Positions 25,446 to 36,900 of a stretch of DNA of 64,000 bases are shown piece by piece. Source of the DNA: Chiloscyllium plagiosum (taxonomy: Eukaryota); assembly GCF_004010195.1 (NCBI RefSeq), contig NC_057711.1, positions 75,256,722 through 75,320,721 of the forward strand, in the 5' to 3' direction. Position numbers and translations under genes: made by a program. The number at the start of each line of letters is the position of its first letter. Position 1 is the stretch's first letter. Under the pieces are notes generated by a model, which was not told the origin of the DNA, did not search any database, and saw only the letters and a program-made list of their open reading frames with translations.

Positions 25446-28120
25446 GATGGTATCAAGCTGATTGAGTATTGTTGGAGCTGTAGTCATCCAGGCAAGTGCA
25501 GAATATTCCTTCACACCCTGACTTGTGCCTTGAGTTTCTCACTGCAAGATTCCCAGCCTCTGACATGCTTTTGAAGACTGGTTCAGTTCAGTTTCTGGTC
25601 AATGGTAACTTGGAAGATTTTGGTGGTAGGGATTTAGCGATTGTCATACCATTGAATTTTCTGGGAACTAGTCATTGCCTGGCATTTGTGTGGTGTTATT
25701 TGCTACCTATTGGCACAAGTCTGGATGTTGTCTCAGTCTTTCTACATCTGAACAAAGGCTGCTTCAGTATCTGTGGATTACAAATGGTACTAAAATTGTG
25801 CAAACACCAGTGAAGGTCTACACTACTGACTTTATGATGGATGAAATATCATTGTTCAGACATCTAAAGACACTTGGGTCAAGGACTCACCTCTGAGGAA
25901 CTCCTTCAGAGGTGTTCTGGAACTAAGAAAACTGATTTCCAACAGCAAAAACAACCATCTTCTATTGTGTTAAGTATTTGAAGAGTTTTCACCCCATGCC
26001 CATTGACATCAATTTGGCCAGGAATTCATAATGTCTCACTCAGTCACATGCTGCCTTGACATCAAAGGCAGTCATCCTCATCTCACACCTCAGTTTAACT
26101 CTTTGTTTGCAATGTGATCAGGATCCAGTTGGCTCTGGTGAAACACAAAATGAGGGTCAATGGGTAGGTTATTTCTTTGCAACATGGTAGCACTTTCAAT
26201 GACCCATTTCCATCACGTTGCTGATGATTGAAAGTAGACTGAGAGCAATAATTGACTGGATTGGATTTATTCTGCACTTCTTGAACAGGACATGCCTGAC
26301 TAAGTGTCTGCATAGTCACGAGAATGGCAGTGTTGCAGCTGCGCTGGAATTGCGTCTTCATTTTCAAGGCTGGTTGTGGAGCACAGAATTGCCCGAATTC
26401 TGTCAGGGTCAAGGTTAGAGTGGTGCTGGAAATGCACAGCAGGTGATTCCTGATGAAGGGCTCCTGCCCAAAACATTGATTTTCCTGCTCCTCGGATGCT
26501 GCCTGACCTGCTAAGCATTTCCAGCACCACTCTAATCTTAGCACTAATTTCCAGCATCTGCAGTCCTCACTTTCACCTAGAATTCTATCAGGGCCTATCG
26601 ACCTTTCACATAGAAGAAATCGGATTAGAAGAAGACTTGCATCTGTAAGACTTGGGCCTCAAGAGGTGATCAAGATGGATCACTCATTCAGCACCTCTGG
26701 CTGTAAATGGTTGCAATTTGTGGAGTCTCCTCCACTCTTAATTATAAATTGTCCACCGTCATTCATGGTGGGATGTAAAGTTTTCATCTGACACATTGAT
26801 TATGGGATCACCCAGCTCTTCCTATCATGTGCTTCTTCTGCTGTTTGGCATGTACATAGTCCTGTGTTGTAGTTTCTCAGGGTTGACATCTCATTTTTAA
26901 GCATTCCTAGTGATGCTCCTGACATGCAGTCCTGTATGCTTAGTTGAACAAGAGTTTTGCAGTCTTCTGGCAAAGGTAGATTGGTAGATATGTTGGGCTT
27001 TGAGGTTACAGATTGTGGTTGAATACAATTCTGCTGCTGCCGATGACCTACAACGCCACATCAATGCCCAGTTTTGAGTTGCTGAATCTACTTAACATCC
27101 ATCCCCTTTAGCACGCTGCCACACAACACAATGCAACATTTCTCAATGTGAAAATAGGACATTGTCTCTCCAAGAATGGTGCAGTGGTCACTGTTAACAA
27201 TAATGACATGGATTTTGCAGTGATCATTTATACAGGTAAGTTGTTGAAGTTTAGGTAAAGGAGGTTTTCTCCTCTTATTGGTTCCCTCATCACCTACAAA
27301 CTGAGTCTAACAGTTATGTCCTTGAGGATTTGGCCAGTTTGTTCAGCAGTGAAATAGAAACAGGAACTCCAAGAATCTGGTCGCATCTACAGAGAAAATG
27401 GAACAAAATGAATGTTTCAATTCCAATATGACCTCTCTTCTTGGTCAGTCATGGTTCTTACCAAACAATTCTTGGCAATAGATATTGACGTCCCCCAGCC
27501 ATAGCACATTCTTTGCCTTTGTCACCCTTAGTGCTTCTTCATGGGGACAGGTGAAGGGGGTTGGGGAGGGGGATGAGGGGTGGGGGGAGCGGCATGTGTT
27601 GGGTGGTAGCTGATACTCAGCAAGAGATATCCTTGTCCAGATTTGATTGGATGACATAAGACATCTTGGGATCTAAAGTCAATGTTGAGGACTATCAAGG
27701 CAACTCCTTCCCTACTGTATACCAGTGTGTTGTCACCTTTGCTACCTCTGTCCTTCAAATGTAATAGAACATACTCAAGGATAATTATGGTGAATTCTAG
27801 GATATTGTCAGTAAGGTTTGACTCCATGAGTATGATTTTGGCAAGCTGTTGCTTGAGAAATCTTTGAGACAGTTCTCCTAATTTTGCATAAGTCCCCAGA
27901 TATTAATAAGGAGAATTTTGCAAAGCTGGCAGGGTTATGTTTGTTGTCTTTGTTTCCAGTGTCTGAATTAATGCCCAGTGGTCCATGCAGTTTCATTCCT
28001 TTCATCAGACTTGATTGCCTTGACATACAACAGGTGGATTGGTGGGATTTTGGTCCTGTCCCTCGAGCAGTGACCTGACCTTCCACAATATTTTCCAGTG
28101 AAATTATCACTACACCACTG
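25445..28120 (-). mobile_element. Old CR1/L2-group LINE including endonuclease region, decayed
   Basis: ORF remnants EEALRVTKAKNVLWLGDVN and MESNLTDN (APE endonuclease); same family as 10.3 and 15.3 kb. Confidence 0.8.
26411..26579 (+). mobile_element. Short PLE-derived insertion with target-site duplication
   Basis: Core ctgatgaagggctcctgcccaaaac; flanks gaattctgtcagggtc (26395-26410) and gaattctatcagggcc (26580-26595). Confidence 0.8.
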
Positions 28121-28189
28121 CCTCTCTCTAAATAGCATGCACAACAATTTGTACATACATCAAATTTTTACTGTAGTGCATCCTTCATA

Positions 28190-28785
28190 TTGCTCAAACC
28201 TTTGAGTATAGGAGTTGGGATGTCATGTTGAGGCTGTACAGGGCATTGGTGAGACCTCATCTGGAATACTGTGTGCAATTCTGGTCAGCTGCTATAGGAA
28301 TGATTCTATTAAATTGGAGAGAATTCAGAAAAGGTTTACCAGGATGTTTTCAGGAATGAAAGTTTGAGTCAGAAGGAAAGGCTGGATAAGCTGGGACCTT
28401 TTCACTAGAGGGTAGGAGGTTGAGGAGTGATCTTAGAGGTTTATAAAATCATGAGGGACACAGAAAAAGTGAATAGCAATGGTCTTTTCCTTAGGGTGAT
28501 GGAGTTCCAAACTAAGGTGAGAGGAAAAAGATTTATGAAAAGACAAATGGGCAACTTTTTTACACAGCAAATGGTTCGTGTGAGGAATGAACTGCCAGAG
28601 GAAGTAGTGGATGTAGGTACAGTTACAACATTTAAAATACATTGAACAAGTACATGAATAGGAAATGCTTGGAGGGATATGGGACAAAGGCAGGGAGATG
28701 GACTAGTCTAGTTTGGGAACATGGTTGCCATGGACTAGTTCCACTGAAGGGTCTACTTCCATGCTGTAGGACTCTATGACTCTCT
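28190..28785 (+). mobile_element. CR1 3' fragment
   Basis: ORF 28427..28645 LEVYKIMR...NFFTQ...NELPEEVV; ctctatgactct tail. Confidence 0.9.
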
Positions 28786-28843
28786 CAAAAGACACCTAAA
28801 GAGTGATATGAAACAAAATGTAACACCGAGTAACACAATATTA

Positions 28844-28974
28844 GAGGAGAAAGTGAGGTCTGCAGACGCTGGAGATCAAAGCTGAAACTTTATTGCTGGA
28901 ACAGCACAGCAGGTCAGGCAGCATCTAGGGAACAGAAGATTCGACGTTTCGGGCACATGCCCTTCTTCAGGAAT
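28844..28974 (-). mobile_element. Young short PLE pLTR
   Basis: Near-identical to 45402-45495; aatattagag repeated on both flanks. Confidence 0.85.
28939..28974 (-). ncRNA. Minimal type I hammerhead ribozyme, intact core
   Basis: Minus strand reads attc-CTGAAGA-A-GGGC-atgt-GCCC-GAAAC-GTC-gaat; stems I and II pair perfectly. Confidence 0.8.
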
Positions 28975-31419
28975 ATTAGAGGCAATATTAGAGCAGATCA
29001 CCAAGCACTAGTAAATGTTGTGAGGGCAGTCATAAGAGAAAAAAGAGAGATAGAAAGCTGCAAAGATTTAGAGAGGGAATGTCTGACCTTTGGCAACAAC
29101 AGGTATGACCAGCAGTAGTGAAACAGTTAAAATTTGGGATGCACAAGAATTGGAGAAGCGCAGTTTTCTCAGTGGGTTGTGAGGCCAGAGCAAAAAATTA
29201 CACAGATAGCGAAGGGCAAAGCCATGCAAGAATTTGAAAACGGGGTCAGAATTTTAAGATCAAGATATTGCTTAACCAGGAACCAATCTAAGTCAATGGA
29301 TACAAGCATGATAGGTGAAGGGGACTTAGGACAAATGCAATAGCATTTTGGATGAACCCAATTTTTTAGATTTAAACCAAAAGAAAATTGTTGCTCTTTA
29401 TATTATCTTCATATGGAACCAAAAAGAGCAGAGTGCTAACTATAGTTCTATACCAACACTTTAGGCCACTTCAATCCAAATTAACCACCTCTTATTCTTT
29501 TCATTCCTCCCAGGGCTTACCTGAGATATTGGCAGCAAGGTGACCAGCCCAAATTGGACAGTTAGTATGGATGGCAGATATGAACAGCTCCCTACAATTA
29601 TTAGAATGAGGCCTGGGGCCCTGTTTCAGAGTGCCTCAAGCCTCAGACTTATGAACACGCCAAAACTTTTGCCCTTGAAAATGGGTCAAAAGCAATTTGT
29701 AGCACTTTGATTTATTTGAGACTTTAAGTGTTGAAGAGATATATAAACACATTAGGTGGTGGTCACTGTTTGAATTATCAATATGAATCAGTGAGTCTGT
29801 CTGGGACCTTTGAACAGAGAAAAGAATAATTAGCTTCCTTAGGTATCAAGAATATGAAAAGAACTGACATATAAGGAAATTATTTATCATCTAGTTTAGT
29901 GCAGCCATTGCACTTTATTTGTTATAAGAGAAACTAGATAAGGAAAATGACTATTTTGAAACATATGTTTTACTCCTGCTGTATTTGTCATATACTTTTT
30001 ATTGTTTCACATTCATATTTATTGATTGCCAAAAACATTTGGCTGTCAACGTCTATTATAACCTGCTCAGCAGCTTTCAAAGATGAATTAACTTGTAAAT
30101 GAATGCATAGGATGGAAACAATAATTGGAATATCATCAGCAGACTTTTCTATTTGTTTCCTGAGTACACCATGATTTTACCAGATACCTGGACAAAAGGA
30201 TATAGTCTGGGAGTTATGGAACTGGGTTTCACCTAAAACAAAAAAAATTGCTATATATTTAGGGGTTAAAAGAAAAGCTATAAAATTTCCAGAGGATGTT
30301 CCAAGTTGTTGCCCACATTACAATTCCTATGCTGCAATCTCTGTGTTGTCTGTAAAATGCAGTAAGATGTAAAGTTGTGTGGAATTAGGTTAAAAGTCAA
30401 AAAGCAAAACTTAGTTCAATTTGTAATTGTAGTTAGTTTCCAATGTAGAATAAAATGTTTCTTAGTAATTTACAAAATTGAGTTAATACACAAAAAGAGT
30501 TTAAAGGGTTCCTATTTGAGCCTTTCCATTTAAGATAAAAAAAAGTTTTAAGACTCTCTGTGAAGGACTGCAAAAGATAAAATTAGTAGAAATTTACTAT
30601 GATAATTCATTTATTATGGTGGAATGACAGTTTGTGGTCTGGTTCAGCTTCTAGCACTTGGTGTTTTAAACAAACATAAAAGATCAAAGAAACTCAGTTT
30701 CCACTGGATGCAATTTGTGCTTAAAATTTCACAATCCTTTGCACTCTAGCTGTTTCTCAGTGAACTGCATTGGAAAGATGGCACAACCCACAGAAAACTC
30801 CTGCCTGTTTTCAATTCATGACTAAAGGTTCATTATTGTCACATTATTGTGTTCATTTGACAATTTAGAATCACCTTTCCCAAACATTTTTTTAAAGAAA
30901 GCACAGTTGTCTATAGTATGGACAGTGGTTGCATAACAAATGAAGAACTGTGACAGTATTATGAATGCTGCTGTTGCAGGTTTCAGCCAGCTTTATTCCT
31001 TTCTCTTTTCCACCAATCAGATCGGAAGAATGAACAACTGGTCCCCTAATGCATCTTCTTTCACACACTATTTCAACCATAACAAAATTACAATACTTTA
31101 GCAGATTATTTCTCAGTAACATATGTTGAAACCAAAACAAAGCAAGTTTTTGTAGTACTTTTAACACATTGAAGTATCCAAGTGCACTCATATGTTTCTT
31201 TGGTCTACATTTTTGGAAACTAAAATTTGTATTTTTTAAATATTATACTATCAGCTGATTCATAGTTCTTTATGTATGCATTTCAGCGCAACACTACTCA
31301 CGTTTATTTCTAACACTTTATGTGAATAGAATTTGTGCAAAGAAGTTTTCATATTACCAGCTAATTAGATGAAATATTAAATCAATGTCCACCTGACTTG
31401 TAGGTGTATACAAAATATC

Positions 31420-31620
31420 ACATGGTACTATTTAAGAGAAGTCGGGGAGATATCCCCTGTCCTCTAGCCAATATTTATCCCTCATACAACATGTTATTCA
31501 GATTGTTTTGCCATTCTCACATTACCATTTGTGGAGCCTAGTGAATTACTGCCATGTTTCCTACATTACAACAGTAACTACGTTTCAAGAATACTTCAAT
31601 AGCTTCAAAGCACTTTAGAA
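31420..31620 (+). mobile_element. Ancient SINE remnant (DeuSINE-like)
   Basis: ggggagatatcccctgtcctctagccaatatttatccctc and gccatgtttcctacattacaacag; family assignment is from recognition only. Confidence 0.55.
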
Positions 31621-32689
31621 CTTTGTAATTGCCAATTTGAAATGTTTTGCCCTCAAGCTGTATCTCTGGCCTGGAATGTAATTTGTAAATATTAAGGTTA
31701 TGAGAATGGTATAGAGCGGAACATGAGGGAGGTTTTGAGAGAAGTTGCAAATTCTGAACTATTCAAGTCAAATACGGTTGTTTACACATTTTGTGAATAA
31801 AGTATTTTTTAAAGGAAAGTTTACAGCATCTGAAGTTGTGAAATGCCCGTTCTTTTTCTTTTCTATTCAGTGAATAAGACAATTTTTATGGGAAAAGTAA
31901 GTGTTTGCAATGAATGCTAAACGATGAAGTTGCAAGTAAAATCTTATCTATAATGTAATCAAAATGTAGTGTTACCAATAAGTACGTGAATTTAATAACT
32001 AAAACGGACTAATTTCTATTATTGATATTTGTAGTTGTTATAATGATTTTGTTTACACATTTGCAGTTTCTTTCTCACGTTGTTGCATTGCCTTCTCTGG
32101 TTATGTGAAAATTTGGATCCGTGCCAGTATACAAAGCCCATTATTTAAATATTATTTGATTCCGATCTTCTCATTTTGCATTTTAACAGTTGCATAATGT
32201 TGTTCCAGTTTATCTTCATCAACAACATGAAAAATTATCCTTAGTGCCTACTTACTGAATTTCTTATGTTGTGAGAACACAGGTGCATAAAAACACCTGC
32301 CATACTAACTATTCAACTCACTCTAAAGGCAGTTGTACGCCACACGCTAACACTTGTTAAATTAAATTATTTCTCAGTTTTACAAAGCGAAGGTAAAGTA
32401 AACAAACAGCTTGAAAATTACGTTTTCTGAACACTAATAGCCTGGATTAGAGTTTTTGTTTTGCATTTATACAACTGGTGAATGGATCATGTCTATATTA
32501 ATTAGAATAAAACGCATTTAAAATAAGTGTTTCAGAATAAATAATCGTCACAGTAAACAGTAAATTTCTAAGTGAGGTGTGGACGAAATAGTCTACTATC
32601 TCGTTATTGTTTAGGATTACCTTGGTGAAAATAATGTGGTGGTTACAGTGGTCTTTTATATTCAATGCGATTTTTTTATTTACTGTCGA

Positions 32690-32800
32690 TTTTCCCTGTG
32701 TGCTCTTGGCAGTGATTGGCCGGCGACGGTTCGTAGGAGGAGCTGGAAGTGACAGAGTCATCCTGGCTGCTATAAGAAGCCTCACTCTCTCCTGGTGCCA
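32690..32800 (+). promoter_or_regulatory. CpG-rich Pol II promoter
   Basis: CpG density rises sharply over about 32.5-34.6 kb; inverted CCAAT (ATTGG 32715-32719), ETS GGAAGT (32745-32750), TATA-like TATAAG (32771-32776), Inr-like tcactct (32782). Confidence 0.7.
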
Positions 32801-33033
32801 GTGAAATTCACATACGGATGAACGGCGCAGATGTCATGTGAAAGGCCACATGCTTCCATTCAGACACAGAGCGCTAGCGGAACAGTCATGACACACTGAA
32901 GGAGAGAAGCTGCAATGGTGGGAGAGCAACCTCCTGACAGTGTTATTACCGCCTTCTAGCCGCCGCCGCTTTTCTCGCCGAGGATTGGGTTTTGATATAT
33001 ATTCATGATCATTTTCCATTTGAAGTCGCCACC

Positions 33034-33040
33034 ATGCGAG
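33034..33040 (+). CDS. First coding exon (Met-Arg plus phase-1 G) of an unidentified host gene
   Basis: Strong Kozak GTCGCCACC-ATG followed after 7 nt by the consensus donor GAG|GTAAGA, inside the CpG island. No convincing exon 2 found in the window. Confidence 0.75.
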
Positions 33041-33916
33041 GTAAGAGATCGCCTGGAGGCTGCTGCTGGGCAAATGTTTGTGACAGCTGAGAGATGGCAA
33101 GGACGATCGCGCAGTACACACCGACTTTCGGAGGGGGTGGGGAGCGGGGATCGTGGGAATCTGCATTTAAAAATGTGCCTCTTGCATGGATGGTTGTTCG
33201 AAACTTTTATTTCCTGGTTTTGCGATGCTTAAGGTCTGAGCGGCTGCGCTCTCCACAACAATGTGGGGTTATTTTCGTAAACATAAACTTTGTTGCTCGC
33301 TGACAATACGCTCAGTTCTAGCTGAGATTTGGTGAGTTCAGCGGGCGGGAGCTGGACAAGCTGTCATAACAGTTTTGTTTACTACAGCAGGCTAGTGCAG
33401 TGCTCCGAGCCATCCATCCAGCGCCTGTCTCGCTTTAGCGGGTTAAAGCAGCGCTGATTGCATTCTCTCTCCCTGAGCAAGAACTTTTATGCCATTTTGG
33501 CTTTGAGGCGTGTTTCCGTGGCTGTAAGGTGAGACAACATTAACTGTTAATAATGAAAATACAGATTTTGGGGCAGTTTGGATCCAGTTGCAAACAGAAG
33601 TGATTAGTACAGGGCAGATGCAGCAGGAGATGGTAAACAATGTGGCAGTGGATATTTTGGTTTGTTGGCATATGTCAAGGTGTCTAATTCCATTTGGTAA
33701 CTCAGCCGGCATACTCTTAATTTTACATGAAACATCCAGCATGCGCTCTCCACACTGAATCAAGCACCTTATGTTTCAATGGACGGTCAAGTGCAAAGGA
33801 TGCTGTGGGGCTCTGTATACTGTTAAAGGTGCTGGCAGAGGCTGTGTCCACAGTCAGCCGGTGTCATGTGTTCCACTGACCTACTTCTGTCCGTCAAGAT
33901 GCTGCTAGAAGCCGGT

Positions 33917-33917
<1 letters not shown>

Positions 33918-33951
<34 letters not shown>

Positions 33952-33990
33952 TCCCCCCCCCCCACCCCCACCTCCCTCACCACCTCCCCC
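33918..33990. repeat. Poly-C tract
   Basis: C run 33918-33948, then ggtt, a second C run and C-rich sequence. Confidence 0.9.
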
Positions 33991-36900
33991 AAAACAAACA
34001 AAATTATAGCAATCCAACCCCAACACATGAAACATACAGGCAGCCCACTCCACTCAGCGTGTCGTCCTGTCATGTGAATCGGATCAGAGCTTTATCGGGG
34101 GCAGTATATTGGCTGTGGTTGGAATAATATCAGCAAACTATTATTTGACGAAGGCTGTCATGTTTTCAAAAAAAAACACCACAGCAGCCAGCTACACTAG
34201 ATCCGTTTGCATTGCTGGTCATTTGAGGTTGCGTCCTGATCTTGTGCGAGGGATACAAGGATGTCCAGCGTCCACTGTGGTTGTAAAGTGCATCCGAGAA
34301 TATTTGTGGCAAGTTCCAGGACTGGGAATGAGTCGGGGACAAAATCTGATACACGCCAACTGCTTTAAGATCGGGGTACATTACAAGATGACAATTTAGT
34401 TCCTTTGTAGGTCGAGGTCCGCTTATTTAATAACTGAAAGTAGAAACTTGGGTCTGGTCCACTTTAATGTGGCGAGATAAACCGGCGCGTCTCGCAACCT
34501 TATTCTCTGCTTATTTTTAACGCCGATGAAGTTTATTCCTTACAAGTTGCGTTGATTTACATTATTTAAAAGTACTAAATAACAGCGCGATACACTGCAA
34601 AAAGTCATTTTCAGAAAATTTGAACAAGTGTCGCTTATCCTTTTTTGTGTTCCACACTCCTTAGCACAGCAAATGTTGGCGATTAGAATTCCTCTTCTCA
34701 TTTAATTAAAGAAATCTGGACTGGAATTCATAGTGAGCTATATAAAGTGCTATGTGCGATATTTTAAAGTTTTTTTTTGCAAGAGAGATGTTTTGCTGAT
34801 CCCAATGAGTTCACTTTCTTTGTTTTGTTTTCAGTGTTTTAACACCAAATTTGCCAAAAAAAAAACAAGTCACCCATCATTTATTGTACCTTAGCTAAGA
34901 AAAAAATGGGCCATGGGAAAAGTCCTATTCTTAGCTTGTTTGTAAATGGACGTAAAAGCGAGTAGTTGCAAATTTTGCAAGTAATTTTCATTTGCATTTT
35001 ATGTACTTGCCCTACATAAAATGCAAACGAAAAGTAAAATAAAGTAGCAAAAAAAATTCAGCTTTGGTATTTGTGTCCCTAAATTTAATTTAGTCAGCAA
35101 TGTGTGCAGAATTTTAATAGTGATTGTCCTCTTTTACAGTGGTGTTGGCAAATGTCTGTGCCCTGAGTGTGCCATTTGATCACAACAGATTATCTTCCTC
35201 CTAAAGTAAATGAGCAAGAAGCCTCAAAGTTGATTGTTTTAACATCATTTGGCAGTAGATTTTTTTCCACTGAACAGCTCTGATAATTAGCAGAAAACGT
35301 GGAGTAGAAGCCAGATGTGCTATACATCAACTTACACCAGAGGCAGTACAGAAATTAAATGAACATAATGAGCGTATGTTTGGGAGGTTAGAAAGGGGGA
35401 GGGGGAACAAACGGTAATATGACCAGTGGAATCAAGATGACAGCAAAATGCAAAATCATGATCACTTCAATTATACGTCACCTCTGTTACATGGCTTTTG
35501 GCTCCTGTTTGTAACACTCATGTTAAAAGGCAAAAGGATCACATCTCAACAATTTTTATATTTCATGTTATGAAAGTGACAGTCCTGTCCTATGACATAA
35601 CATACCCCCCATTATAAAATGCATGAGTGTCAAACACCCCATTATAATGGGGGTAGAGTGGAACAGGAAAGGTGAGAACAGGAAAGTGGTTTTCAAAAAG
35701 AAAGCCTCCTTCACCACTTTTGAGGCATAATTGAACTAATATTAGAAGATGTGGTAACATTACAAAAGAATTGAAAGTGGAGTAAAGGCCACTGTCCCAC
35801 ACAATAAGAGAAAAATCAGATCCCAATTATAATCTGCTGAAAGAAGGTTCTGAACTCAATAGCAGAGGACTGAACGAGGACAGTTTCAGTAATGAAATGA
35901 AAAGAGGCCAGATTTCCAGTCAATAGAAAATGAGGGAAAGGGTATTCACATCTTTAATGGAAAGTCAGGAAAGAATGACCTCAAAAAGGGCAAAACTGAG
36001 AAGCCAAAACCTCAATGATAAGGCAACAGAAAGGAAGGTTATGAGTTCACTAATAGACTTGCACTAGAGAACTCAATAGAAGGTATTATAGATAATCTGC
36101 TGTCATTTTTTCCCCCACACTTGTAGAGGAGTGGGAGATATTGCAGGACGAGTATTTGATAATTGCTGTGAGAAAGTAATCATTAGCAAAGCGGAGCCTT
36201 TTCATTAGTCTACCAATTTTGTCAATTTAATAAATGGTACTAGCCACACTATTACATTCAAACAGCTTGTTCAATGACAAACTCAAATTGTAATGGAAAG
36301 AACATCTAGACCAAAATGTGCTATCTGGCGATAAAGCAAAGAGAAAGGTGTCCTAAAACAGGTGTGGAAAAAGCTGCAAAAATAGTTCTTTGTTAGGGCT
36401 ATTCAAATCTTCAGATCTCCAAGGTTCTAATGATTGAGCAAATTACTCAAAACTTGGCAGTGTTTGATTTATTAAACTCAGGTTCACTATGCCTAACAAC
36501 AATACTGGATGAGCTCTGCTGTGCCATAATTCAGGAATTTAAAAAACATTGAATAATTATCTTTGAAACTCCCATGCCAAGCACTAGACTGATGATGATA
36601 ATAATAATGTTTCACAGCTACTAAGGTAACTATTACACCCAGGCTACATTTTTATTTTGTCTGTCTCTCTGTTTCTGCCTCTGCTCCACACTTGCTGTCT
36701 ATCCCATACATTCAAGACCAACTCCTGTGTTCATTTCCTAATCTGCCTACTTCACCTATAGCTGCAATTATGCAGCCATTCTATCCTGTTGTCAGGAATC
36801 CGCTCTTCAAATCACTTCACCATATTAAATCCCGCCCTGTTTTCAAAGTTGTTGAAAATAATTTTCTGTGCATGTCCTGCCTCATAAATATTCTAGCTTC

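Noticed and set aside
33034..33040. Identification as tubulin or Rap GTPase from an MRE start
   Set aside because: The third residue depends on an unseen exon, and those genes do not normally have a 7-nt first coding exon.
33823..34053. Gly-rich minus-strand ORF
   Set aside because: Produced by the poly-C tract.
35139..35204. Candidate exon 2 after ttttacag, with an SGVGK P-loop-like string
   Set aside because: The frame continuing exon 1 reaches TAA with no convincing donor. SGVGK is in another frame and lacks GTPase context.
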